From positions 1 through 64,000 of the forward strand of contig JABLTG010000121.1 of assembly GCA_016618085.1 (NCBI GenBank): DNA of 64,000 nucleotides, read 5' to 3'. Numbering within the stretch: the first letter of the stretch is position 1; each line of letters opens with the position of its first letter. The notes under the pieces were generated by a model that did not search any database, was not told the origin of the DNA, and worked only from the letters and a program-made list of their open reading frames with translations. Below, one piece after another: positions 35,207-48,886 of the stretch. Origin of the DNA: Neovahlkampfia damariscottae. Taxonomy: Eukaryota. A program made the translations under genes and the position numbers.

Positions 35207-36143
35207 ATGAATTTCCTCGTTAAAAGAACAGTCAATTCGTTGGCAACGAAAAACAAATTTTTACTCCAAAAATATTCAACTAATAATTTTGAAAATTTAT
35301 ATACAAAATACAATCCAAAAAAACAACGTTTGACTAATAAACAAAAAATGTTTCTTCTTCGTGAGAATCACATTCTCAAAAATAAAGTTGTTGAAGATAT
35401 TGCTTTGAACACACTTGCTGATAATCCAGGTTCAAAAAAGAAAAGAAAAAGAATTGGTAGAGGTATTGGAAGTGGAAGAACTTCAACAAGAGGTAACAAA
35501 AACTAAAAACTTTTAAAAAAAAATAAAAGGTAGAAAAAGACAAAAAGCAAGATCAAGTGTTTCTGTTCCAGTTGGGTTTGAAGGTGGTCAAAGTCGAGTA
35601 TATCTTAAAGTTCCAAAATATGGTTTCAAAAATAGAAGATTCAAATTAAATTTTGAACCAGTTAGTTTGGAAAAAATTCAATACTTTTTAGATACAGGTA
35701 GAATAATAAACAATGGAACTATAACTTTAAAAACTTTATATGATTCAGGATGTATCACAAAATTAAAATATCCAGGAATTAAAATTGTTGCGAATGGTTC
35801 AGAAATTTTTAAATCAAATATTGATATTGAAGTAACAAGAGCATCAAAAGAAGCAATTTCAATTATTGAAAAAAATGGTGGTTCAATTAGATGTGTTTAC
35901 TTTGGAAAACGTAGTTTTCTTAAATTAAGAAGAATGGAAGTTTATGATCCAGAAATTGTTAGAAAGTTTTCAATGCCACCACCAAAACTTTGGAGATATT
36001 ATATGAGATCTGATATTAGAGGTTATTTAGCTGATAATAATCCAATTAATCCACATCGTGATCTTGTTCCACCAGAAGAAGAAGAAGCAGAACGTGAAAA
36101 AGGTAGAATTAGATTAATGAAATACAAAAAGAGAGAAATTTAA
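35207..36143 (+). CDS. MRPL15: Mitochondrial ribosomal protein uL15m
   Basis: LADNPGSKKKRKRIGRGIGSG.TSTRG|RKRQKAR, GFEGGQ, VPKYGF, IEVTRASKEAI..IEKNGG, YY..SDIRGYL; N-terminal transit-like peptide. Confidence 0.9.
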
Positions 36144-36155
36144 AACTATTTTTTT

Positions 36156-39100
36156 TTATTCATTTTCTTCTTGATCTTCTTGTAATTTTGGTCTTTTAAT
36201 TTTAATTCTTGATCTTCTTGGTGCTGTTGATTCTTTTGGTTTAGTTTCTTTTGGTTTTATTGTACTCACTGGTTGATTTGTGAATGAAATTTCAGCATCT
36301 TCTGTTGTTTCCTCTTCTTCTTCAGGTTGATGTTCTTCTTCTTCTTCTTCTTCTTCTTCTTCATCATCTCCTTCTTCAATATCACCTTCTTCATTTTCTT
36401 CTTCTTCTTCTTCTTCTTCTTCAGCTTCTTCTTCAACATCTTCTGTATGTTCTTCAGCTTCTTCTTCCATTTGTTTTTCAGTTTCTTCTTTTGATTCTTC
36501 AGGTTGTGAAGTTCCAAATGAAAAAAATCCAGGTAATTTTTCCCCTGATTCAAGTTTAGGTTTTTTAATTTGAGATTCATTTGGTTCAATTTCAGTTGTT
36601 GGAACTGTTACTGATTCAGTTGTTTCAAATTCACCACGATCCCTCTTTTTTGTTTCAACAGTATTAGAAGGAACAATTGGTGAAGTATCACTCTTCTGTG
36701 TTGTTGAAGCTGATGTAGTTGCCATCATTACCTGTTCTCTTTGTTTTTTCATTTGAGATTTCAATAAATCATTAACCATTTGAGCTTGTTCAATTTTCTT
36801 TTTCAAATCATCAACTTGTTTTTGATGTAATATTTTTAAATTTGCATTTTCAGTTGATAATAATTTCTTTGTTTCTCTCAAATCAGTTAATGTCTTTCTT
36901 GCTTTTGAAATACCATTTTGATATTTTGTTGAATTTGATTTCATTTCTTCTTGTAATTCTTCAACAGTTTCATTTTGATTTTTCAATTCTTCTTTTGTAA
37001 TATCATTCTCTTTTGTTAATTTTTCAAATTTTTCTTTTAATTCTCTTAATTCTATTTGAACTGATCTTAATTGTTTTTGAATATTCAATGCTTGATTACG
37101 AATTGTTTTTGTTGATGATTCAATATCTTCTGATTTTTTTGAATTCAATTCTTCCATTTTCTTATTCAATTCAGTGATAGTAACTTCAAATTGTTCTTTT
37201 TCTTTTTGTAAAATATCTTTTTCTTGTTGTAATAATTTATGTTCTTCTGGATTAACTTGATTATATTTTTGATATAATTGATGAACTCTATCTTTCCACA
37301 TTTTCATATCATCTTCTAATCTTGAAATATTTAAACAAGAAAGTTCTTTTTCATTCTTCAAATTTGAAATTTCTTCTTCAAGAGGTTTTAAAATATCTTT
37401 TGATTTTTTTAATTCTTCTTGAAGTAATTTAATTTTCTTTAAATTTTCTTCATTTTCATTTCTCAAAGTTATATTTGATTCTTTATAAAGATTCATTTGA
37501 TTTGTAAGTTTTATAATTTCTTCTTCTTTTTCTTTTATTTTTTCAATATTCATTGATTCTTTTTTAACTCTTTCAATTTCAGATTTTAAATATTCAATAT
37601 TTCTAAGTGATTGTTCTAATTTTTGTTGAATACTATGATTCTCTTCTTGTTCTATAATTAATTTACTTGAAATTAATTCTTTTTCTTTTCTAATCATTCT
37701 AATTGCTTCATGTAACTCTTGAACATTTTTATCAGATGATCCAAAATCTATATCACCACCAACACCACTTGATTTAATTAATTCAATTTGACTTGTTAAT
37801 GTATCAATTTGATTATATAAAATATCATTTTGTTTTGATTTTTCTTCTAATGACACTTTTAATTCTTTAATATTTTCTTCAAGAATTAATTTTTGTTTTT
37901 GATTTGATATTTCTGTATTTTTTAATGTTGACTCTAAAGATTGTGCTTTTTCTTTCCATTGAATTAAAGAAGATTCATTTTCTTCAATAGTTTCACTTAA
38001 TTTTTGAAGAGATGAAAGTACTTCTGTATTTCTTTGAACTTCTTTTTCTTTTTCAGCATCTGATACCATTGATAATTGAATATGTCTTCTTAAATCTTCT
38101 TTTAATGTATTAATTCTTGCTTCTGATTTTTTTGAAGATTCTTCTAAATCTTTTGATTTCTTTGTTAATTCAAATTTCTCCATTTCATAATCATTTTTTA
38201 ATTTTTGAATTGTTTCATTCAATGAATCATTTTCTTTGAATGTATTATTCATATCTTCTCTAATTTTTGAAATATCATTGGTTAATGATTTAATATAATC
38301 TTCTTTTGCATTCAATTTTAATTCCATTGTTTTTTTGTATTGATCAAATGTTGTATTCATTGATTTTAAGTTTAATTCACTTTGTTCTGATAATATTTTA
38401 TAATTCTTTGAATGTTCTTTTTCTTTTTTTAATAATTCATTTACAACAACTAAATCTTGTTGAAGTTTAATAAAATTTTCAGCTTCAAGATTAATATCTT
38501 TTGAATTTTCTTTTGAAATTTGTTTTTCAATTAATGACATTAATTTATTTTCAGATAATTCAAGTTTATCATTTAATTTTTGATTTGTAACTTGTAATGA
38601 TTCTAATTCAGATTTTGTTTTTGTTAAGTCTAAATTAATTGATTGTAATTCATTTGATGATTTCTTTAATTCTTGTTCAAATTGTTTTGAATTTAAGTCC
38701 ATTTGAATAATCTTTGATTTATGTAAACTTTTTTCATTTTCAAGATTTTCTTGTAATTGTGAAATTTGTTTTTTCAATGAGTTAATTGTTTCTGTTGCAA
38801 TTTTTTCATTTTTTTCAGATTGAACTTGAAGATGTTGTTGAATTGATTGTAAACTAAAATATAAATTTTCTTGATGTTGATTATTTTTATTTTTATCTGC
38901 AATATCTTGAATTAATCTTTCAATTCTTTCTGAAAGATATTTATTCTCACTTTTTTGATTCAAATATTCTTTTTCTAAATGATGGATTTTTTGATTTTTT
39001 TCAATATCAATTCTCTTTAATTCTTCTAATGATTTTTGAAATTGAATATTTGAAGTTATTAATTTTTCATTTTTTTCTTCTAAAATGGAAATATCTTTTT

Positions 39101-41375
39101 TAAGAGGTTCAAGTGTCATTTTTGAATTAGATAATGATTCTTGAAGAAATTTAATTTCTGATTGATTTTTCGAAATTGTTGATTGTAATTCTCTATTTTG
39201 TTTTTTTTGTTCAAAATATTGTTGTTGAAGTGATTCTCTATCTTTTTTTGAATCTTCATAAAGATTTTTAAATTCAACACTTCCAAAACCACTACCAATA
39301 CCAGATTGTCTTTGATTTGAAACAATAGATTCACCTCCTTGTTTAGCCATATCTTTATACATATCTCTTTGTTTAATAATAGATTGAACTAATTCTGATT
39401 CTTTTTTTCTTTCATTTGTTAATTTTTCAACTTCATTCTTTGCTTCTTGTAATTTTTGTTTGAATTGAATTGTTAAATGATTTGTTAATTTTTCAATTTG
39501 AGATTCTTTTTCTTCTGTTAATCTTCTAACTTCTTGCAATAATTTTCTATTCTTAATTTGAAGTTGTTGAACATCTTTAAATGTTGCTAAATCATCTGAA
39601 ATGAGTGGTGCTGTTATATCTAATTGAGTTGAATCATTTATAGAACTTGTTGAAATATCAAACATTTTTTTACCAGTTTTATATTCTTGACATTCTTTTA
39701 ATAAAACTTGAACTTGTGAAGATAATTCATCATTTTCTGATTTAAATTCATTTCTTTCTTCTGATAATTTATCATAATGAACTCTAAAATTATAAAAATC
39801 AATTGATTTCTTTTCTGAATCTTGTAATAATTTTTGATATTTTTTTGTTAAAATGGCGTGTGATGACATTAATTTTTCATAATCCTCTCTTTGTTGTTGA
39901 ATTAATGGTCCTTTTTCTTTAATTTCTTTTAAAATTTGATTTAAAACTTCATTTAAATGATTATTTTCATTCTTTTCTTTAATTAATTCTTCAGATACTT
40001 CAACATATTTGTTATAGATATCAGTTGTTGTTAATCCTTGATTTAATAAATCTTGTAATTGTACTAAAGGTGATCCTCTTGATTTTTCCAATTGTTGTTC
40101 ACGTAAACTAACATTTTGTCTTAATTCATTTAATTCATTTTGACTTGCTTCATAAACTTCTTTTAGTGTTTTAATTTCATGATGAAATGATTCTTGTTCT
40201 TTTTCATATTTTTCTTTCAATCCATAATATAACTTTGAAAATTCATTTGATTTTGTTTCATAATCTTTTGCTGAATTTTTATACATTTGTGATAATTTGT
40301 TTTCTTGAATTATTTGATCATTTAAATTATTTTCGACTTGAGCAAATTGAATTTTCATTGATCTCATTTCTTGTAAGTAATTTCCAATTAAATTTTCCTT
40401 TTTTAAAAATGGTTCATTAAATATTCCTTTTTCTTACTTTTTCCATTAATAATTTTTGAAGTGTTTGAACTTTTTGACCTGAACCAGATGTATTTTGTTC
40501 ACTTATTTTTCTTAAACTTTCACATTCTCCAACTTTAACAGACTATTTCAAAATATAAATACACTATCATTCTTTTTACCAATTCATTTCTAATTTGAAG
40601 TAATTCTTGTGATTTTTGGTTTAATTCTTCGTTTAACCATTTATTTTGCTTTTCTAATATTTGTTTTTCTTGTGAAAATTTTTCTTTTAAAAATGGAATG
40701 GACATTTCATCATGTTTTGAGTCTGAAATTTTTTCTTCTAAAACAAGATTTTTTGAAGTTAATTCTTGAATTTTAACACTTTGAGATGCTATTTCTTCTT
40801 CTAAAGCAATGGTATCACCTTCAGTTTGTTGCATCATATTTAAAAGTTGTCTTTTTTCTTCTTCAATTCTTTGTTTTTCATTTTTTAATTGTAATAATTC
40901 TGTTTCTTTATCCAAGAATTTGTTTTGAAATGATACATTTTCTTGTTTTATTCTTTGAATGTTCAACCCTTTTTATTGTTTCATTTAGTATTAAAATGGA
41001 CTTACTCAGTTCATCATTACTTTCTTTTTGAATATCCATTTCTTCTGTAAGTTGTTGTAACTCTTCTTTCAAAACGACATTCTCTTGTTCAATTTGATTC
41101 ATCAAAAGTTCTTGCGCAAAATTTAATTTTTTTTTTTTAAAACCTTTGTCAAAATCTTGTTGTTCAATTTGAGCTTTTGAAAAATCTAATTCTTCATGAA
41201 TTTGATTCATTTTATCTTCAATAAAATTTAAAGCATTAAAAACTCCTTCTGGATCGTTTTTCCAGTTCAGATATTGTTCTTGAGAAATAAAACGGCTACA
41301 TGGTATAAGTGATTCCTCTTCTTCGTTCATAGAACTCTTTGGTGCTTTTTTATCTACACCAAACTCCAAATCCAT
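36156..41375 (-). CDS. TPR: Nuclear-basket nucleoporin TPR/Mlp1
   Basis: Long coiled coil with LTTTDIYNKY, ILKEIKEKGPLIQQQREDYE, LATFKDVQQLQIKNRKLL, IIKQRDMYK, MNLYKESNITLR, MWKDR; acidic C-terminal tail. Confidence 0.85.
36330..36430 (-). repeat. (GAA)n trinucleotide tracts encoding poly-Glu in the TPR tail
   Basis: Runs of tct/ttc on the + strand. Confidence 0.8.
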
Positions 41376-41439
41376 TTTCTTGACCAAAACTAAATTTCTA
41401 TTGGATAAAAAAAAAAAAATTTATTTTATTTACAATTTT

Positions 41440-44400
41440 TTATTCTTCTTGAAGAATATAAGTTTTTGTCTTATTTCCATTTTTATTTTCAATTTCTTCA
41501 AATTCATTGAATTTATAATGATCTTTCATCAAATCAAAAGTTGCTTCACTAACATGAATCTTTGATGGAATTCCTGTGGACTCCAGGAGTGATGAAAAAT
41601 TAAATGAATTACTCATTACTTCAAAAGAATATTTCTTTTTTCCAACTATTCCATGAACACATTTTCCAGTATCAATTCCAATTCTCAATTTTATATCTTT
41701 CAAAAATAATGAATTCTTGTTAAAACTCTCAACAGATTTCAACATAAATTTTCCAAATTCAATAATTGAAACTTCCTTTGAGGCTACAATATAACAATCT
41801 TCCATCGTTTTGATTTTTTCAACTTTATATTTAGCACAACTTTGATCAAAAATGTCAAATAATTTGTTCAATGATTTAATTCCATCTTCTGTGGATACTT
41901 GAGATAATAATTTGGTAAATCCAATAATATTTGCATGTAAAATAGAGCATTTCTCAAAATTATTCATTATTAAATTTGTTTCTCTTTCAAATATTTTATC
42001 CGCTATATCTTGAGGTAAAGTATCTTCCAATAAATTCAATAGTCTATTTTGTTCAAATTCCAATAAATTCATTTGATTTTTAATATCTGATATATCTTCA
42101 ATTAATACAATGAATGAATTTCCCAATGTAATTGTCATTTCAACATGATAACTCTGATTATTCACATTCAAAATTACAGTTTCATTGAATGGTTTAATTT
42201 TTGTGTACGTGTCTCCTTTTAATATAAAATGACTGGAAATAAGTTCAATGGCTTTGTCATCCAACAAATCTAATAGATTCTTTCCAAGTAATTCTCCTGG
42301 ATTATTTTGTAAATGAAACATCTGTGTTGCTGATTGATTTGATGTTTGAATAATAAATTTTTCATTCAATTCAAGAACAGCGTCAAAAGTTGTCCTTAAA
42401 ATCATATCAAATTTTTCATTAGATTCATTAATTGAAATTTCTTTTTGCTTTCTAAAATTAATTGTTTTTTTATTCAAAAATTCACTTAAAATTTGATTTG
42501 TGTCCAAAATATTAGTTGGAAAATAAAGAAATAATTTCTTTGCTTTTATCATTTCTTCACGCAGTTGAGTGGGAACATTTGAAAATAAAATCAAAAAAAA
42601 AGCAATAAAAAATATAACTGAGGCTGAAAAAACTGAATCAATGATGTTAGAGTAACCAAGTTTCATTTCTAAATTAATTTCCAAATATTTTGTAGAAACT
42701 TTTTTTGATTGTGAGTCTAAATACTCACTTGCAATAATATTCATTTTTGTAAATTTCTCACTTTCAAATGTTGCATTATTATCTAACAATAAAGCATAAC
42801 AAACATTAAAGTATTGTAATATTAATTCTGAAAATGAAATGCATGATAAAGTATCAATGTCCCCACAAGTTCTTCCATAATGCAATTCTGTGAGTTCTGG
42901 ATAAAGACCATCAGTTCCTAGAATTCCAAGTTCTCTAGAACCAAATCTTACAACATTATTAGTTTCAACCAATTCTATCATATCAACATAAATGTGATCA
43001 TTAATTGTCTTTAATGAACTGATGTTCAATGGTGGTGAATTTTTGAATAATGCTTTCTCTATTCCATTGTACAATAATCTATCAATCAAAAAAGTTCTTT
43101 TTTGTGAATATTTCAAAAAAATTGAATCCTCCTGAAATCGACTCTGAATGACAAATCCAATAATAATGAAAAATATGGTGAGAATGACAAAAAATAATTG
43201 AAAAGCAATAAATCTAGGAATCAATTTTTTCATTATTGGAAGTTTAGTTTCTGAGATATTTCCTTCAGATGTCAAATTAGCCAAAATTAAGTTTTCTCTA
43301 TCTTCTTCTCCAAATTCATCAACATTATCATTTTTTTGTGAATATAATTTGAAAACATTACTAATTGCACTTTTTGGAATATTCATCATTAATTTGAAAA
43401 CTAAAATTTGTTAGTTTTCAACAAACATTACCTTTAATCTGTTCTCCTCTGATATATAAATAAACTAATAAAAAGCTGACAGGTGGTGAAAATGAACAAA
43501 TGATCAAGGAAAATGAAAAAATCCAAAACTTGTTTTCATAATGAACTCTTGCATTGAGTAATGTATCAATCATCAATTGAAAACCATCAAGTACAGAATA
43601 TCTTGAATTCAATAGTAAATTTCGGAAACTAATAAAATCTTGAAAATTTGTAGCACCATTTTCATCGAGATATTGAAGTGATGAATTCAAAAAACTGAAA
43701 TATTGTCTTGTTCCATCAAAAAGTGACATTTTTTTAAAAGTATTTGTTTCTGAAAAATATATCTCTACAACTTCAGATGATTTCCAAAGTTCATCCACAA
43801 ATACTTCATTTTTACTTTCTTCATAAACAGCTATTAATTCTTGTTGCATGATAGGAAATTTGTGTTTCATAAATTCCCAATGATATGTGGTATTGAATTT
43901 TCCATATAAAAGACCAACTTGAACAGTTCTCAAACAAATTGCAGCATCTACCATAAATCTTGAGATTTCAGCTGTTCTTTGAATCTCATGAGAAATATTG
44001 TCATAATTTCTTGATAAAATTGTTGTATTAGCAAATGATGAAGCAATAACAGTTAAAGAAAATATTGATAACAATAAAAGAAAAATAAATAATAAAATTG
44101 GAGCGAATAATCGATGATTTGTTATCCTTTGAAGATATTCATGATATTTTCCTTCTTCAACTGAGATTCTTTCTTCAATTTTTTCCATTCTTGGAGAAAT
44201 CTTTCCAGAATTACTTTCTTCTTCAATTGACTTTGAGAACATATTATTTCTTCCTTCATTTTTCAATTTTTCTTCTTGTTTATTTGCTAAATCTCTATAT
44301 AACATTGATTGTTCTGGATCTCTTTTTATATGATACAAAAATGAAGAATAATTTCTTAATACTACTGGATTATCACCATCTTCAGATAATAATTTTGAAA

Positions 44401-45964
44401 ATGATTCATCACTTAATCTTTCATAGTATTGTAAAGTAGCAACAATTGAAGGGAAAATATCAAAATTTGCAATGTTTAATAAATGTCTTTTCCATAAAGT
44501 ATTCAACCATTTCATCATTTCAGATTGATATTTATGAATAGTTTTTAATTCAATCATTGTTTGAGCATTGGATACTTCTGAATTCAAATTAATTTCTAAT
44601 CTTTTTTTTTCACAAAAACTATTTAAATACATTGTATCAAAGAATAAAAAAGATGAAATAAAATTAATTTGAGTTAATTGAAAAAGTTTTAAACGATCAA
44701 ATTCATTCAAATCAGATTCATATATCAAATAGAGTGAATAAAATACAATTGTTCTTAAGCTATAATCATTCTTTAATCTAATTTCATAAATCTTTTTTTG
44801 AAGATCTTTTGAATTTGTCATGTGAACTAAAACATCTACAAGTGATGCTTCAAGATGAAATGGATATGTTCCTTCTTTTCTTTCATCATGAACAGACATG
44901 TCACAAAGATATAACTTGAATAATTCTCTTCTAATAATAAAACATAAAGTGAAGAATAAAATGAAAATTGGTGCAGTTGAAATTATCAAAAGAAAATATT
45001 CTTTTGAAAAAATTGCATGTGGATGTGATTCTGCAAAAAATCCACTTAAAAATGATGCTAAATTGAATGAAAATATTGAAATATACAAAACATTAGTTAA
45101 AATATTGTAAAATGGCATAAAATGTAATGTTATAATAATCATTGTCAATGTACCAATTATTCCAACTGAAGCAGTGATAATTTGATATTGTGGCATTAAA
45201 TCGACCATCAAAACTAAAACTGTTTTATATATAACCAAAGCTATAAAAAATCTATTATCAGGTCCTCGATGAAATTCAAAATTAAATCGTTCAAAAACAC
45301 TAATTATAAGTGGAAAAAAAAACTTACAAAATGAAATAATTCATAGTAATAAATATTGTCAATAGTATTATAATAATTGAAAATGATAAAAATAAAGTAT
45401 TTGGAAAATTATAACATTTTGTGTTTGAAAATAGAAATAATGTATCCGACTCTGATCGACAATTCAAAAATGCTAAAGATACACTAAATATTGGTATATA
45501 TAGTATATGAGCAAATAAGTATAAAAAAGTTGATAAAATTTGAAACAGAATTCTTCTGTGGTTGGTCCATTCTGAAAATATGAATATTGAAGTCAATCCA
45601 AATATAGGTATCAGTGAAGTGATAACAAAAATTACAATGAACCACTCATATGGTAATCCAAAAGAAGGAACTCTTTAAAAAAAAAATTAAAAAATATTAA
45701 CTGATAAAACCTGGTGATGTAGTTCAAGTACAGCAGTATTGGAGATGTATAACCACCATAATAAATTTTATAATTCAATGAAACTACTAATATCTGTATT
45801 GTTGAAATAACAAGAGCAAAATAACCAAAAAAATTGTGAAATAATAATTCACCGTTTAAATGATGAAATACTTCGTGAAATTTCATAAACGACTGCAGAA
45901 ATCTATTTTTATAAAAACTAGATATGGTTGAAGTGGATGATTGAGACTTTTCATCGCTCTTCAT
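41440..45964 (-). CDS. Multi-TM PAS-domain class III nucleotidyl cyclase-like protein (degenerate active site)
   Basis: N-terminal multi-TM region, DNPVVLRNYSSFL helical repeat, PAS (FDAVLELNEK..NQSATQMF), cyclase ILHANIIGFT, VEKIKTMEDCY, LRIGIDTG, IHVSEAT. Confidence 0.82.
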
Positions 45965-46057
45965 AATTGTATCACCTTTTTTTGTGTAAAAGTAAATTCC
46001 ACCAATAATATCTGATTATTCTTATTTTGGACAAGAAAAAAAACCAAAAATTTGAAA

Positions 46058-47437
46058 TTAAATTTGGTTTATTTTTTTAAAATTCAAAAATTTTATAAAA
46101 TTTGAACTCACAATTTTTTTTACATCTTCATTTGAATAACCTCTTTTTATCAATTCTTCAATTATTTTTATCATATCAGAACAGTTTTCCATTTCATAAG
46201 GTAAAGATAAAACACCATCAAAATCTGAACCAAATCCAACAAAATCAACACCAATTCTATTTTTAATATAATCTATATGATCAACAACTTTACTTATATT
46301 TGTTCTTAAAAATGGATTTTTTGATTTCCAATCATTAAATTCAAAGATAACATCTTTCTCATTTGTTGTATTCTTTTGATCCATTAAAAATTTTAATTGA
46401 TTCCATTCTTCATTTGATGAATGAAATGATTCAAAAGATATCAAAATTAAACCTTTTCTTTTTCCAATTGAATCAATAACTTCATCTTTTAAATTATTTG
46501 GATGTTGACAAATGCTATAGACATTTGAATGACTAATCATTATTTTTTGAGCCAATGGATTTGATTCATTCATTACATTTTTCATTGATTCTTGTGTAAT
46601 ATGACCTAAATCAACAATCATATTGAATTTATTCATTTCATCAATAACTTTACGTCCAAAAGTTGTCAAACCTGATTTTGGTGTATTTTCATTTTCTGTT
46701 TGAATTTCAGATATTTTATTTGAACATCTTCTTGTTAAAGTTAATTTTCTGACACCCAAAGAATAAAAAGATCTTAAAATTGAAATTGAATTTTGAATCA
46801 TATGTCCACCATCAATACCAATTAAAACAGCTATTTTTCTTTCATAAAAAGCTTGATGAATATGATACTCTGAAGTTGCATATAAAAATAATTTATCATT
46901 TTCTCTAATCATATTTTTGATTGAATCAATTTGTTCAATGGTTTCTTTTAACATATTTTTTGAGTTACAAGGTACAAATATATTAAATAAAACACCTGTA
47001 AAAATACCATTCTCTAAATTTGAATAATCAGTTTGAACATATTTTCCAATTTTGTTTTTAATTTCCTCTTGTTGAGTATTTGTTATATTTAAAATATCTA
47101 AAGAAATTGAAGGTTCGGAGTTTTTTAATTGTTGAGCAATTGAACTGAATTGATTTGATGCGTCTATTAATGGATACAAATTCAGCAACGCTTTTGCTTT
47201 TAAATTAGGTGTTGTAGGTAATTTATGAACCGTTAGTTCAATTGAAATTGAAAACAAACAAAAAATTAAAAGAATCATACAAACCAGTGAACTACTGAAA
47301 ATACAACTCAAACAAAAATACTGACAAAATTTTCTCCTTGATTTTGATAATATTTGAAAACGAGAGGGATCAAAGTTTTCCACATCGTTCTGTATTTCTC
47401 TCATCAACGCTCGTTCAAGTCGATTTGGTGGTATCAT
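46058..47437 (-). CDS. Membrane dipeptidase (peptidase M19) family, type II membrane anchor
   Basis: TIEQID, GGHMI, FYSLGVR.LTLT, GLTTFG..VIDEMNK, IVDLGH, SHSN, VVDHIDYI, VGFGSDFDG; intronless. Confidence 0.85.
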   Translation of the reverse strand: MIPPNRLERALMREIQNDVENFDPSRFQILSKSRRKFCQYFCLSCIFSSSLVCMILLIFCLFSISIELTVHKLPTTPNLKAKALLNLYPLIDASNQFSSIAQQLKNSEPSISLDILNITNTQQEEIKNKIGKYVQTDYSNLENGIFTGVLFNIFVPCNSKNMLKETIEQIDSIKNMIRENDKLFLYATSEYHIHQAFYERKIAVLIGIDGGHMIQNSISILRSFYSLGVRKLTLTRRCSNKISEIQTENENTPKSGLTTFGRKVIDEMNKFNMIVDLGHITQESMKNVMNESNPLAQKIMISHSNVYSICQHPNNLKDEVIDSIGKRKGLILISFESFHSSNEEWNQLKFLMDQKNTTNEKDVIFEFNDWKSKNPFLRTNISKVVDHIDYIKNRIGVDFVGFGSDFDGVLSLPYEMENCSDMIKIIEELIKRGYSNEDVKKIVSSNFIKFLNFKKINQI

Positions 47438-47494
47438 TTTATTGGTTCGGATTTTAGTAACCAATCAGATAATATCTGATTGAATAAATAATTT

Positions 47495-48847
47495 TTATTT
47501 TTGATCAAATTTCATGTCACATATAATATTTGTAAATTTAAAATACTTAGAAACCGATTTTGTAGAAATTTCTGTTCTTAAAATGTTTAACACTTCTAAC
47601 TTTCTCAAAGATGACAAATGCTTCAATCCTTTTTCACTTAATTGAGAACAATGAGTGAAATTTATCTCCCTTAAATTTGAAAGTTTTGAAAAATTCTTAA
47701 TATTAGTATTATTAATTTCACAAAAATGCAATTCTAATAATTCTAATTTATTCAATTTTGAAATCTCATGTTTAATTTTTTAATGATTTTGGAAATAATT
47801 CTAAAGTTAATTTTGGACAATGTTCTAAATCTATTGATGTTAAGGTATTTGGAAAATATTCAAAAATATCATCTGTAATTAATGAACTACCTGATAATTT
47901 CAAAGTTGTTAAGTTTTGAAATGATTTTAAACATTTTAAACCATCATTAGTCACACTTGTATATTCACATACAAATGATTCTAATTCTGATAATTTATCA
48001 AAATTTTTCAAAGAAATATCAGTCATTTGTTTTGCAACTTTAATTTCCAAGTTTTTTAAATGTTTTAATGTTGGAATTAACTTTAATGATTCATCAGTTG
48101 GCATGGTTAAAAAATGTAATTTCAATGATTCTAATTGATTTAAATTTAAAATTAGTTTTAAATGATCATCAGAAACAAATTTACATGAATCAATTAATAA
48201 ATGTCTCAAGTTTTTAATTTCTGAAATTGGTTTTAAACAATCAATATCATTTGAATTTGATCTTGAAATAGTTAATGATTCCAATGGATTTGTTGATAAT
48301 GATTCTAAAATTTGTGATAAATTTTTAAACTTGTGATATCTCTGCTCTTTCTAATTTCTTTAATTTTGAAAAATCAAAAGGAGAAGGATTTTGATGATCC
48401 AAATATGAATCAATGGCAAAAGTTTTCAATTTTGTTAAATTTTTACAAATACAACTAACACCTTTATGTGTTATTTAAATATAAATAATTCATTTTTTCA
48501 TGAAAAGTTTTAAAAATGTTCAAAATATGACCAGAAGTGACAAACATGTTATTATAACAAGTTAACTTTTCAATTCTTGTACATTTTTTTGTAATAATAT
48601 ATTTGATGTATTTATTTGTCAGATTTTTATTCCATTCTTCTTTTATTAAGAAATTGGTTACTGATTTCCAACATGATTTATTCCAATCTGAACAAACATT
48701 TGAAATGTTACAAACTATATCCTCAAAAGGTACAAAACTAAATATTTCTAATAATAAATCTTCAAAGAATAATGAAGAATTATCCTTCATGAATAACTTC
48801 TTTGGAAATTTTGGTTCATCGTCTTGAAAACAATCACTCAAGAACAT
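47495..48847 (-). CDS. F-box/LRR protein (FBXL-like)
   Basis: FFEDLLLEIFSFVPFEDIVCNISNVCSDW followed by cysteine-containing LRRs (LRHLLIDSCKFVSDDHL, LTTLKLSGSSLITDD). Confidence 0.85.
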
Positions 48848-48886
48848 TGGACAATTTTTATCCAATCAAAATATGAATTGTTTTTT

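Noticed and set aside
36266..36589. Poly-Lys and poly-Leu ORFs in the ORF track
   Set aside because: Alternative-frame and antisense shadows of the TPR poly-Glu tail
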